A stretch of DNA of 64,000 bases from Candidatus Latescibacterota bacterium (GTDB lineage: Bacteria; Latescibacterota; UBA2968; UBA8231), in the NCBI GenBank assembly GCA_965223905.1, contig CBDCXV010000001.1, forward strand, positions 1,280,001-1,344,000. The letters run 5' to 3'. Every line of letters starts with the position of its first letter. Position 1 is the first letter of the stretch. Both the position numbers and the translations under genes were made by a program. Positions 10,173 to 19,949 of this stretch are shown here, one piece after another. The notes below the pieces were generated by a model. The model saw nothing but the letters and a program-made list of their open reading frames with translations, searched no databases and had not been told where the DNA came from.

Positions 10173-10598
10173 ATGATCCCCACCATCAGCTCCGGCGTCG
10201 CAGGACCTCTCGGCGCCATCCACCTCCCCCGGCTCTGGTCGAAGGTGCTGCTCAGCGCCCACGGGCAGCTCGAAGAGGGGTACGACGAGTGCGGCCAGGG
10301 TTTCGACCAGATGGTTCTGGACGGGCTCAAGGTCGACCGCGACGCCGCGATCGCCTTCATCAAGGACAACAACGCCACCTACCCGCAGTTCGAGCAGTGG
10401 GTCCGCGACCAGCGCGGCGGCAGCATTCCCGCCAGCGAGATCGAGGCCTCCAACGCCGCCATCGCCGGGTACGATCACGCCGACGACACGCGGGGCGAGA
10501 TCCTGTCCACGGCCGGCATCGGCGACGACGGCTCGATCAAGGACGCCGTCAATCTCAACAACCTCGACGACTGGACGGAGTTGCACGGCTCGCTGTAG
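10173..10598 (+). CDS. DUF5069-like protein
   Basis: GPLGAIHLPRLWSK...GFDQMVLDGL pattern; RBS AGGAG. Confidence 0.75.
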   Translation: MIPTISSGVAGPLGAIHLPRLWSKVLLSAHGQLEEGYDECGQGFDQMVLDGLKVDRDAAIAFIKDNNATYPQFEQWVRDQRGGSIPASEIEASNAAIAGYDHADDTRGEILSTAGIGDDGSIKDAVNLNNLDDWTELHGSL

Positions 10599-10890
10599 CA
10601 GGCGGCTGATTCAAGTCGGTCGACTTCATCGATCCCCCGTCAGCTCTGTCTGGCGGGGGATTTTTTCGTACCCGAGCCACCCTCCTCCCCGGATGTCGGG
10701 ACTCCCCGGGTGGAGTCCGGCGGCAGCCGCTCAGGGGCCGGAAAACCCGCCCGGGCCGGTACAATCGAATATCTCCAAACCGAGCGGTCGCTCTTTGTAC
10801 AAGAACCCATCCGGACAGCGGACTGGCCCCGGATTTCTTCGATTTGAGCCCGGTGGGGGGCTTGCGGTCGCGTGGGCGACCCCGCGGGAG

Positions 10891-11949
10891 TCAGGAGTGC
10901 AGGAAATCCCACAGCTCGGAGGCGCGCTCTCCGGCGATCGGCTCGCGGCGCAGGATCGAGTCGATGCCGCGCTTTTCCATGTAGCGGGGGACGTACTCCA
11001 GGCCCTTGTCGAATTCGCGGCGCGAGACTCCGACCGCTTCGGGGGCGTAGCGCACCTGGCAGCGGCGCAGGCGCCCGGCCAGCAGCTCCGGGGACTCGCC
11101 GGCGTGCCAGGCGATCGCCAGGGCCCCGAGGGCGACGATCTCGCCGTGGATCCAGGTGCGGCGGTTGATCTCCTCCAGGGCGAGCCAGAAGGGGTGGTCG
11201 CCGCTGCCGCCGGCGGCGCTGGAGGCGGCGAGCATGCCGTCCCGCTCCTGCAGGGCCAGGGCTATCAGGCGCACGCTCTCCCCGGTGAGTTGGCCGCCGC
11301 GGTCCAGGGTGGCCTCGAAGTCGCCGGCCAGCTTCTCCTGGTAGGCGTGCATGCCGTCTGCCCAGGACTCGTCGAAGGCAGGTCCGATGCCGCGGGCGGC
11401 GCGCCACCGCCACTCGGCGATGCCGGCGTACCCGCAGAGGATGTCGCCGATGCCGGCGGTGTTGAGCCAGGGGGGAGCGGCCAGCACCACGTCGCAGTCG
11501 ACGAGCACGTGCTCGCAGTCGACCCAGGGCCACTCTCCGACTTCACCGACGGTGCGGTGGCCCTCCCAGCGGGCGAAGACGCCGTGGATGATCGCCCCGG
11601 TGGAGACGATGGTCGGGACGAGGACGAGGGGCAGGCCCCTGTCGAGGGCGGCGAACTTCGCGTCGTCGAGCGCGGTGCCGCCCCCGAGTCCGACGACGAG
11701 CTCGATGCCGTCGGGGAGCCGCCGGCTCAGCTCCTGCTGGTGGCGCTGGTCGAGCCATTCGGCGTGGACCACTCCCCGGGGCTCCCGGGCCAGGTGGGGA
11801 CGCGCCGCGGCCCAGGCGCTGGGGGTGGTCACGACTCCGTAGGGGGGCCAGTCCCGGCTCTCCCGGCGCAGCAGGCCGCGGCCGCAGCGGATGTCGATGT
11901 CGGCCGCGGGCTTGGCCCGGGCGCTGTCGTTCCAGCCGCGGTTTTCCAT
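10891..11949 (-). CDS. Glycerol-1-phosphate dehydrogenase / Fe-ADH-like family protein
   Basis: GLGGGTALDDAK, VPTIVSTG, AGIGD, SGDH, HGEIV. Confidence 0.85.
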   Translation of the reverse strand: MENRGWNDSARAKPAADIDIRCGRGLLRRESRDWPPYGVVTTPSAWAAARPHLAREPRGVVHAEWLDQRHQQELSRRLPDGIELVVGLGGGTALDDAKFAALDRGLPLVLVPTIVSTGAIIHGVFARWEGHRTVGEVGEWPWVDCEHVLVDCDVVLAAPPWLNTAGIGDILCGYAGIAEWRWRAARGIGPAFDESWADGMHAYQEKLAGDFEATLDRGGQLTGESVRLIALALQERDGMLAASSAAGGSGDHPFWLALEEINRRTWIHGEIVALGALAIAWHAGESPELLAGRLRRCQVRYAPEAVGVSRREFDKGLEYVPRYMEKRGIDSILRREPIAGERASELWDFLHS

Positions 11950-12055
11950 GGGTGCCTTCTGGAGGAATAGGGAAAGGTTCGGCTGTCGAGGTGAGGGGGC
12001 CGGCAAGAAGCTTCCGGTGCGGCAGCGCCCCGGGTGCTCCCGCGAGAGAGGCCGG

Positions 12056-13198
12056 CTATCCGAGCCAGTACTTCAGGGCGAGGTCGCCTACGAGGTAGCC
12101 GACCGCGGCCACCCCGAAGCCGACGACGAGCAGGTCGATGCCGCTGCGGAACATGCTGCGGCCGGTGAAGATGCTGCGCGCGGCGCCGACCGCGAAGTGG
12201 GAGACCATCGAGACGCCGAAGGAGGTCCAGATGGCGGCCGGTCCGCTCAGAATCAGGAACGGCGCCACCGGGATGAAGGCCCCGACCGCGGTGGCGACGC
12301 CGGTGATGCAGCCCTCGCGGACCGGGGTTACGTGCTGCTCCCCGATGCCGAGCTCTTCCTGCACCATCACCTCCAGCGCCTGCTCCGGAGACTTCATGAT
12401 CTCCCCCGCGATCTCGCGGGCCAGTTCTTCCTTGACGCCCTTGGTCTGGTAAAGGAGGGTGAGCTCCTCCTCCTCGATTTCGGGCATGAAGCGCAGCTCT
12501 TCCTCTTCCACCGCGATTTCGTGGTCGTAGACCTCGCGTTCGCTCTTGGCGGCGAGGTAGCCGGAAGAACCCATGGAGAGGGCGTCGGCGATCATTCCCG
12601 CGACGCCGGTCAGCATGATGAAGGTCGCCCCGGCCTGGGCGCCGACGACTCCGGCGACGAGGCCGAAGTTCGCCGTCAGACCGTCGTTGAATCCGTAGAC
12701 GACGTTGCGCAGGAAACCGCCGGACCTGGTGTAGTGCCAGGGCTCCCCTTCGCGTCCGGTCAGCTTCGACAGGGTCTCGGCGTGGCGCGCCGATTCCCTG
12801 GCCAGGAGCAGCGCCGCGTCCGCGGTCGAGCCGGGATCGCTTTCCCGGTACAGGGAGATGTAGCCCCTGACCTCGAGCCCCTCTTCGCGCAGCAGCAGGG
12901 AATGCAGCATTTCCGGGCCGAACCTGCCGGCGATCCAGGACAGCAGGCGCGCGCGCGAGGAGGGCTTGCGCGGCGGCACCGTCACCCCGTGCTCGGCGAA
13001 GATCTCCTCCCAGACCGCAGTGTGCTTCTCTTCGACCGCGGCGAGCTTGAGATAGAGATCCCGCTTCTCCTCGTCGGAGGAGGACCCGGCGAGCCGGCGG
13101 TAGAGGAAGGCGGCGTCGTTTTCGTCCTGCCAGTGATCGCGCCACAGCGCGATCGTTTTGCGGTCGGGCGGGCTGCCTTTGGAGGGCGTTTCGGTCAT
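12056..13198 (-). CDS. VIT1/CCC1 iron transporter with N-terminal rubrerythrin-like domain
   Basis: DENDAAFLYRRLA...EEKH; LRNVVYGFNDGL; ALSMGSSGYL; start uncertain. Confidence 0.88.
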   Translation of the reverse strand: MTETPSKGSPPDRKTIALWRDHWQDENDAAFLYRRLAGSSSDEEKRDLYLKLAAVEEKHTAVWEEIFAEHGVTVPPRKPSSRARLLSWIAGRFGPEMLHSLLLREEGLEVRGYISLYRESDPGSTADAALLLARESARHAETLSKLTGREGEPWHYTRSGGFLRNVVYGFNDGLTANFGLVAGVVGAQAGATFIMLTGVAGMIADALSMGSSGYLAAKSEREVYDHEIAVEEEELRFMPEIEEEELTLLYQTKGVKEELAREIAGEIMKSPEQALEVMVQEELGIGEQHVTPVREGCITGVATAVGAFIPVAPFLILSGPAAIWTSFGVSMVSHFAVGAARSIFTGRSMFRSGIDLLVVGFGVAAVGYLVGDLALKYWLG

Positions 13199-13283
13199 TG
13201 TGAGCGGTGCAGCTCCCGGGGAGATGGGGGGCGCAATATAGGGGGCGGACCGCTCCTCGAACATGGCCGGCGCCTCGCTGCCG

Positions 13284-14264
13284 TCAGAGATGGTCGACGG
13301 CCTGCAGAAGGGCAACCTGGTACCCGAGCGCGAAGGCGAAGGCGACGAGGTCCGGTTCCGGGCCGGAGATCTTCGGCACGTGATCCGGCATGATCATGTA
13401 CTGGTATCCCACCTCCTTGTACACCTTCAGGGCCTCGTAGAAGTCGACGTCCCCCTCGTCGGGGAAGGTCTCGACGAAGTTGCAGAAACCGCCGCGGATG
13501 TTGCGGAAGTGGACGTTGAAGATCTTGCCGCGCTCGCCGAAGAAGCGGATGACGTCGAAGATCTCCTCGCCCGGGTTGTCGAGCATCTCGCAGACCGTGC
13601 CCTGGCAGAAGTTGAGCCCGTGAAAGGGGCTCTCGGCGATCTCGACGAAGCGCCGGAGACCGGCGACGCTGCCCATCACGCGGTCGATTCCGCGCAGCCC
13701 CCGCGGGCTCGGCACCGGCGGGTCGTGCGGGTGGCAGGCGATGCGGATCCGGTATTCCTCGGCGACAGGGACGACGCGCTCCAGGAAGTAGGCGACGCGT
13801 TCCCACATGGTGTCGGCGTCGACGCGGCCTGCCGCGGTCAGCGGCTCCTGCTCCGCCTCGGCGTAGACGAAGGAGCGGTTGGTAGAGCCGCCGCGCCCCT
13901 TCACCGGAGAGGTGCTGACGACCCCCAGGTAGCTCAGGTAGTATTTGATCGAAGGGATCCCGGCCTCGGCGGTGATGCGGAGGATGTCGCAGACCCGGTC
14001 TGTTTCGCGGTCCCGGTTCTCGTCGCCCAGCATGATGGCGGGGAAGAGGTTCCCCGGGGCGGTGCCGATGTGCCCGAGCGGGATCATGTCGAGGCAGATA
14101 CCGAAGGACTCGACGTGCTCCCGGTGCCGCTTCAGGTGGCCGGCCGTCCAGGAGCTGGCCGGTCCCTCCGGGGTGCTGCAGACATGGTCGATGCCGAGCT
14201 GTTTCAGCTGCCGGAAGAAGTCGTCGCCGATGCGAGGGCAATCGAACTGCGTTCCCACGTGCAT
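13284..14264 (-). CDS. uxuA: Mannonate dehydratase
   Basis: VVPVAEEYRIRIACHPHDPP, GLNFCQG, VHFRN, ETFPDEGDVD, MPDHVP. Confidence 0.9.
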   Translation of the reverse strand: MHVGTQFDCPRIGDDFFRQLKQLGIDHVCSTPEGPASSWTAGHLKRHREHVESFGICLDMIPLGHIGTAPGNLFPAIMLGDENRDRETDRVCDILRITAEAGIPSIKYYLSYLGVVSTSPVKGRGGSTNRSFVYAEAEQEPLTAAGRVDADTMWERVAYFLERVVPVAEEYRIRIACHPHDPPVPSPRGLRGIDRVMGSVAGLRRFVEIAESPFHGLNFCQGTVCEMLDNPGEEIFDVIRFFGERGKIFNVHFRNIRGGFCNFVETFPDEGDVDFYEALKVYKEVGYQYMIMPDHVPKISGPEPDLVAFAFALGYQVALLQAVDHL

Positions 14265-14508
14265 GCTGCGGTTCCTTTCGGGGGCTTTGGGGGAGTTGGG
14301 CGGCGAATCGCAATTCGGAATCCTGCCAGGGGGCAGGGCTTCGGGCTCGCCCGGCGTTCAGCAAAAGCTTGACATCCCCCACGCCGTGGAGGAAGATAAG
14401 TGGGGACGGTCAGGGGGCCGAGAACATGGAACTGCCAGAGTATCGAATAGATGTTCGCTGCACTCCTGATTTCCGGCGATGCGAGGTTTGAATGAACAGG
14501 AGCATGAC

Positions 14509-15687
14509 ATGACCAAGACAGTGATTCTTGAAACGAATGTGCTTTACGACATAGGATTGAATCGAGTCCGTATTGAGGACATCGGGCGATCCGGAGAACG
14601 TCTCTGTTACTCTCCCATATCAATCATCGAGTTGGTATCCAAACTTGATGCCAGGTTATTTGAAGAACGCAGGGCAGCGGCTGGTGCTATCCTCAAGTAC
14701 GGAATTGACGAACTCCCTGATCCCGAATCATACCTGACTGCTGCATTTGGCTACAAGTTGGCGGAACCTGCCCCCTCCTATTGCCATGCTGTCCGGGCCT
14801 TGGCTGAAGGCCGGAGCCTCGAGGAGGTTCGAAGCGGAGTTCCGGACTACGAAATTCGGGTCCGTCGGAGGTTGAATGTGCCGTTTGCAGCAACATGGCG
14901 TGAAAAAGGTGAGCAAGAATGGGTGGATTCTCTCATCACCCTGATGGCGGAAAATATCTCAAGATTTGGAAAGTGGTACGTAAAGGACCCTGAAAAACGG
15001 GCTTCATCGGTGCCTAAACTGCGAGGTGAGCAAAAAGCAGAATTCCTTGCCGGAATGAAATCGGAAGAGTGGAGTGCCCGAATCATTTCCGCTTGCCAAA
15101 TGCGCGCCTTCTTCAAAGCGGATAAAAAGAACCTTGGTGTAATTTCCAAACAGAAAGCCCATGAGTTAGCCGCCGCCATTCCCAAGATAGAGTGCTATAC
15201 CCGTATTTACACCAACTACTTGATCCGTCTGATGACTGAGGGGTATTTACCAAAGAAGAACGATAGTGGAGATATCGATTTCTTTCTCTACTCGAGTGAT
15301 GATGATCACGTCCTGGCCACTAAAGATAAGAGGTGGATCAACATTGCCGAGGCAGCAGGGTTTGCAAGGAGGATACGGAAGTACGAATACGAACCCAGTG
15401 AAGCCATCCCGGCTGAAGATCGAAATTGTCGGAACGAAGATGATGCAAGATGTGGTAAAATGGACTTTGAAGACTATATCGAGATCCGACCCGGTGTTCG
15501 TAGCGGAAAACCTTGTTTCAAAGGAACCCGAATCACCGTCCAGGATGTACTGGAGTACCTGGCCGGGGGAATGACCGAAGCTGAGCTCCTATTAGATTTT
15601 CCGACTCTGACTCCCCAGCACATCCGTGCTGCACGGAACTATTCCGATGTCCATGAACTTCAGGCCGTTCCCGGTTCTACGGGGTGA
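14509..15687 (+). CDS. Large PIN-like protein fused in frame to a DUF433 antitoxin domain
   Basis: ILETNVL, SIIEL, KKNDSGD, LATKDK (PIN-like acidic motifs); from 15460 MDFEDYIEIRPGVRSGKPCFKGTRITVQDVLEYLAGG = DUF433; visibly AT-richer. Confidence 0.75.
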   Translation: MTKTVILETNVLYDIGLNRVRIEDIGRSGERLCYSPISIIELVSKLDARLFEERRAAAGAILKYGIDELPDPESYLTAAFGYKLAEPAPSYCHAVRALAEGRSLEEVRSGVPDYEIRVRRRLNVPFAATWREKGEQEWVDSLITLMAENISRFGKWYVKDPEKRASSVPKLRGEQKAEFLAGMKSEEWSARIISACQMRAFFKADKKNLGVISKQKAHELAAAIPKIECYTRIYTNYLIRLMTEGYLPKKNDSGDIDFFLYSSDDDHVLATKDKRWINIAEAAGFARRIRKYEYEPSEAIPAEDRNCRNEDDARCGKMDFEDYIEIRPGVRSGKPCFKGTRITVQDVLEYLAGGMTEAELLLDFPTLTPQHIRAARNYSDVHELQAVPGSTG

Positions 15688-16037
15688 ATCTTCTCCTCGA
15701 CGAGAACCTCAGCCATCGGCTCGTGACCCGACTTGAGGAAGATTTTCCCGGCACCGCCAGTGTCAATCAAATTGGGCTTGGTAGCCAACCCGATACAGTC
15801 ATTTGGGACTACGCACAGGAAAACGGTTTTACAATCGTGTCGAAGGATGGTGACCTTCGTGAATTCAGTTTCTTTCGGGGTCATCCGCCAAAAGTAATTT
15901 GGCTTGACATTGGCAATACCGGGACCGATCGCGTTGCGGACTTGCTGCTAGGGAACAAGGACTTGATCGCCGCTTTTCTCGAGCAGGATGAGGACTCCCT
16001 TCTTTCCTTGAATCTGCAGGATCTCGATTCAAGCTGA
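15684..16037 (+). CDS. DUF5615 (VapC45-like PIN) toxin
   Basis: MNLLLDENLS, DTVIWDYA, IVSKDGD, PPKVIWLDIGN; overlaps the DUF433 stop. Confidence 0.9.
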   Translation: MNLLLDENLSHRLVTRLEEDFPGTASVNQIGLGSQPDTVIWDYAQENGFTIVSKDGDLREFSFFRGHPPKVIWLDIGNTGTDRVADLLLGNKDLIAAFLEQDEDSLLSLNLQDLDSS

Positions 16038-16046
16038 ACCGAGTGG

Positions 16047-16893
16047 CTAGTGCCTGAAGCGGCGATCTTGCCGAGCGTCCACATGGCGTTGCCCCCGAAG
16101 CAGAGCATCAGGCTGGAGCGCCGGAAAAAATGCTCCCGCGCCGAAGACCAGGTGAAGCCGCCTAGCGACCGGCGGATGATGTCGCGGGTGTCGTCGGCCG
16201 GCGCGGGATCCTCGTCGACATAACCGAGCTCTACCCCGTCGGGATCGGTGAACTGGCATTCGATGGTGTGGTTCCTGAAGTGGCGGTCGACCAGGTCCCA
16301 CCATTCGTTGCGTCCGCTCCGGGCCAGGGTCACGGCCGACGTCGTCAGCTCCATGTTGGTGCAACAGGGCTCCGTGTCCGGCGTGGCGCCGAAGCGCGCT
16401 GTAAGGCCGGAGGCTGAGCGGAACATGCGCTCGGTTTTTCCGATTCGCTTTCGAGGAACCACCCCATCAGCGTGAACAGCACGCGCCCTTGCTCCCACAG
16501 AACCACGCTCGTGTCTTCGCTCCACCGCGTGGCAAAACCGCGGCGGGCAAACCCGTCGAGATTGAAGAAGGAAGCGAGGGTGAGCTGCCTCTGGCCGATC
16601 TCCACCTCCTGGCCGCTCAGGTTGCCGGTGAGACGCCGAGCCGCGATGCGCCCAAGCAGCGCCTACGAAGCCGCCTCGGTCCAGTCCCACAAGGGAGCGG
16701 GTGAAGCAGGGGGTGGAAGCCCGAGCGAACCGCCGACGTACGCCATGTAATTGAAGTTCGGGTCGGCGATTTCGTTGAAGTGGCCGATGGCGAGATTGGC
16801 GACCTCTACGAGATTGGGCCAGCCCCCGACCTGGCGTTCTTCCCGGAGCCGGCCGGGCATGTGAATGGCGATTCCCGAATCGGCTCGACCCAT
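16047..16893 (-). pseudogene. Disrupted, 3'-truncated gene (possibly glycoside-hydrolase-like)
   Basis: ATG 16893 right after the enolase-family gene; in-frame TAG at 16663-16665; frameshift near 16430; coding-like segments (WDLVDRHFRNH, RRSLGGF) end at the TA island. Confidence 0.6.
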
Positions 16894-16895
16894 GG

Positions 16896-18074
16896 TCAAT
16901 CCCAGAACGGCTCGCTTTCCTTGAGCTCGGCGCGCAACACCTCGGGCACCAAGTCGATGCCCAGCCCCGGGCCGTCGGGGACTGCCAGCTTGCCCTCGAC
17001 GAAATCGTACCCGTCGAGCCCTCCCATTTCCGCGATGTACTCCTGACTGTACAGCCGTGTCTCGCTCATGCTGAAGTTTCTCACCATCGCTCCGAAGTGC
17101 ACATTGGCCATGTTGTGGACGAGGCTGCCGCAGTTGTGCAGGGCCACGGGCAGGCCGAAGTGTTCGGCGAGCTCGGCGATCTTGCGGCCGCCGCTGATGC
17201 CGCCGCACCAGCACAGGTCGGGGTGCAGAACGTCGATCCCGCCCTCGACGATGAAGGGGAAGAAATCGCGGAATCCCTCGACTTTCTCGCCGGTGCAGAT
17301 CGGCACGCGGGAAGCGGCCCTCAGCTGTTTGTACCCATCGGTATACCAGACCTGCAGCGGGTCTTCGATCCAGAGCGGCCGCACCTCTTCCACCGCCTGC
17401 GAAATGCCGATCGCCGTCGGAACGTCCCACTCGTTGTGGCAGTGGACGATGAAGTCGAGGTCCCAGCCAAAGGCATCGCGCATGGTCTCGTACCCGTCGC
17501 GAATGCGCTTGAAGTGGCTGCCATTCAGCGTCTGACCCGGTTTGGCCGCCCTGTAAGGCCGCGACAGCTGGTCGCTGTCGAGCAGATGATCGAACCCGAA
17601 CTTCAGGGTGCGGTAGCCGTGAGGGTGGGCGCGGAACTCGCTGACCCAGTCGTCGACCGCCGCCCGGTCGCTCCAGTCGGCAGGCGCTCCCCCGTAGTAG
17701 ATCTCGACGCGGTCGCGGAAGCGGCCGGTCAGCATGCTGCTGACCGGGAGATTGAGGATCTTGCCGGCGAGGTCCCACAGGGCGATGTCGACGCCGCTGA
17801 CTGTCGGCACGTGCGCTTGGTAGGTATGCTGAAGGCCCATCATCTCGTGATAGAGCTTGTCGATGTTGAGCGGGTCGGCGCCGATGAGAACCGGCTCGAG
17901 CCACTCCAGGTTGGCGCGCGCGGCCGGTCCTGCGGCTCCCGCCTCGCCGATGCCGGTCAGACCGGCGTCCGTCTCGACGCGCACCAGGCTCTGCCCCGCG
18001 GCGTTCTTGAGCTCCATCGCCTTGAGGCCGGTGATGCGCACGCGGCCGCGTTCGCTCTCTGTGCGTTCGTCCAT
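16896..18074 (-). CDS. Mandelate racemase/muconate lactonizing (enolase superfamily) dehydratase
   Basis: SGVDIALWDLAGK, WIEDP, ICTGEK, HPDLCWCGG, PDGPGLG. Confidence 0.93.
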   Translation of the reverse strand: MDERTESERGRVRITGLKAMELKNAAGQSLVRVETDAGLTGIGEAGAAGPAARANLEWLEPVLIGADPLNIDKLYHEMMGLQHTYQAHVPTVSGVDIALWDLAGKILNLPVSSMLTGRFRDRVEIYYGGAPADWSDRAAVDDWVSEFRAHPHGYRTLKFGFDHLLDSDQLSRPYRAAKPGQTLNGSHFKRIRDGYETMRDAFGWDLDFIVHCHNEWDVPTAIGISQAVEEVRPLWIEDPLQVWYTDGYKQLRAASRVPICTGEKVEGFRDFFPFIVEGGIDVLHPDLCWCGGISGGRKIAELAEHFGLPVALHNCGSLVHNMANVHFGAMVRNFSMSETRLYSQEYIAEMGGLDGYDFVEGKLAVPDGPGLGIDLVPEVLRAELKESEPFWD

Positions 18075-18088
18075 ATCTCGCCCACTCC

Positions 18089-18200
18089 TCAGTTGCGCAT
18101 CCCGGTGAAGGTGATGCCCTGGATGAAGTACCGCTGCGCGGAAAAGAACAGGATGATTACGGGCAGCACCATGATCATGCTCGCCGCCATCAGCAAACCC
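18089..18200 (-). pseudogene. 3' remnant of a carbohydrate ABC permease
   Basis: [35 protein letters not shown] is a MalG-type C-terminus; upstream sequence is unrelated. Confidence 0.8.
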
Positions 18201-18462
18201 CGACGCTGAGTGAGAACGTGCGCCGAAGCGGGCGCAGCAGCAGGCCCGGGTCGAACGAGGCGACGGGCGAAGCAAACCGAGTTGATGCAGTCGAACCAGG
18301 CATTGGCACTCTCAGTGTAAAGGGAGCAACCCCCCCAATCAACACAACTGTACCACAACGGAATCGGGAACAAGCGCCCCGATGCGGCCATGAGTCGGGC
18401 CCTGGCGTCGCCTGGGGATTCGGGGGATCTTGAGACAGAGGAAGTCCTCAGGAGGCCAATCG

Positions 18463-19647
18463 ATGAACGAATCCCTCAAGGAGCATCTCGAAGCGCGGAT
18501 CGCCGAGATCAGGGACGCCGACCTGTTCAAGGAGGAGCGCACCATCACCACCCCGCAGGGTTCCCGCGTCGGCATCGCCGGCGGCGGCGAGGTGCTCAAC
18601 ATGTGCGCCAACAACTACCTCGGCCTCGCCGACAACCCGGAGATCATCGAGGCGGCGCGCCGCAGCTACGACGAGTGGGGGTTCGGGCTGTCGTCGGTGC
18701 GCTTCATCTGCGGGACGCAACAGGTCCACAAGGCCCTCGAAGCGCGGATCTCCGAGTTCCTCGGGACCGAGGACACGATCCTGTATTCCTCCTGCTTCGA
18801 CGCCAACGGCGGGCTGTTCGAAACCCTGCTGGCCGAGGAGGACGCGGTGATCAGCGACGAGCTCAACCACGCCAGCATCATCGACGGCATCCGCCTGTGC
18901 AAGGCGCGGCGCCTGCGCTACGGGAACAGCGACATGGGGGAGCTGGAGAGCTGCCTGCGCGAGGCGGCCCCGGCGCGCTTCCGGCTGATCGCCACGGACG
19001 GGGTCTTCTCGATGGACGGGTACTACGCCAAGCTCCCCGAGATCTGCGACCTCGCCGACGAGCACGACGCCCTGGTGATGATCGACGACTCGCACGCCGT
19101 CGGGTTCGTCGGCGAGAACGGCCGCGGCACCCACGAGCACTGCGGAGTGGAAGGCCGCGTCGACGTCATCACCGGCACCCTCGGCAAGGCCCTCGGCGGG
19201 GCCAGCGGCGGCTACACCAGCGGCCGCAGGGAGATCGTGGCGCTGCTGCGCCAGCGCTCGCGGCCCTACCTGTTCTCGAACACCCTGGCGCCGAGCATCG
19301 TCGCGGCCTCGCTGAAGGCGCTGGAGATCATCGACCGTTCACCGGAGCTGCGGCAGCAGCTGCGGGCGAACACGCGGCATTTCCGTGAAGGACTGGAAAG
19401 CCTCGGTTTCGAGCTCCGCCCCGGCACCCACGCCATCGTTCCGATCATGCTCGGCGACGCCGGCCTGGCGCAGGAGATGGCGGCGCTGATGCTCGCCAAG
19501 GGGGTGTACGTGATCGGCTTCTTCTACCCGGTCGTCCCCCACGGGGCGGCGCGCATCCGCACGCAGATGTCGGCCTCCCACACCCGCGACGACCTCGATT
19601 TCGCCCTCGAGAAATTCGCCGAGGCCAAGCAAGAGCTGGGGGTGTGA
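18463..19647 (+). CDS. kbl: Glycine C-acetyltransferase (2-amino-3-ketobutyrate CoA ligase)
   Basis: [45 protein letters not shown]; RBS GGAGG. Confidence 0.97.
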   Translation: MNESLKEHLEARIAEIRDADLFKEERTITTPQGSRVGIAGGGEVLNMCANNYLGLADNPEIIEAARRSYDEWGFGLSSVRFICGTQQVHKALEARISEFLGTEDTILYSSCFDANGGLFETLLAEEDAVISDELNHASIIDGIRLCKARRLRYGNSDMGELESCLREAAPARFRLIATDGVFSMDGYYAKLPEICDLADEHDALVMIDDSHAVGFVGENGRGTHEHCGVEGRVDVITGTLGKALGGASGGYTSGRREIVALLRQRSRPYLFSNTLAPSIVAASLKALEIIDRSPELRQQLRANTRHFREGLESLGFELRPGTHAIVPIMLGDAGLAQEMAALMLAKGVYVIGFFYPVVPHGAARIRTQMSASHTRDDLDFALEKFAEAKQELGV

Positions 19648-19949
19648 CCGCGGCGCGGGTTTCGGGGAGCCCCGGTTGACTGCGGATGCTTCCACCTCGA
19701 GGCCGGGGACAGTCACAGGATGAAATGGTTTCCAATTGCCGCGGCCGGTCTGGGCGCAGCTTGCGGCAGCGAAACGCTGACATCCCCAGAGGAAGAGTTC
19801 CTGGGGTCGTGGATGGCCGAGTCGTTCGACTTACACCGAGCCTTGCCCTGCAGCAGGCGCGGCCCTGTCATTGCGTGCGCCGCCCTGTTGCGGCTTGACC
19901 TGCAAAAACGGCACAGGGCTGCCCGGCAGACGGCGAACCCTACTCGCAC

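Noticed and set aside
16663-16665. Recoded TAG (pyrrolysine/readthrough)
   Set aside because: The same gene also has a frameshift and truncation, so decay is the simpler explanation.
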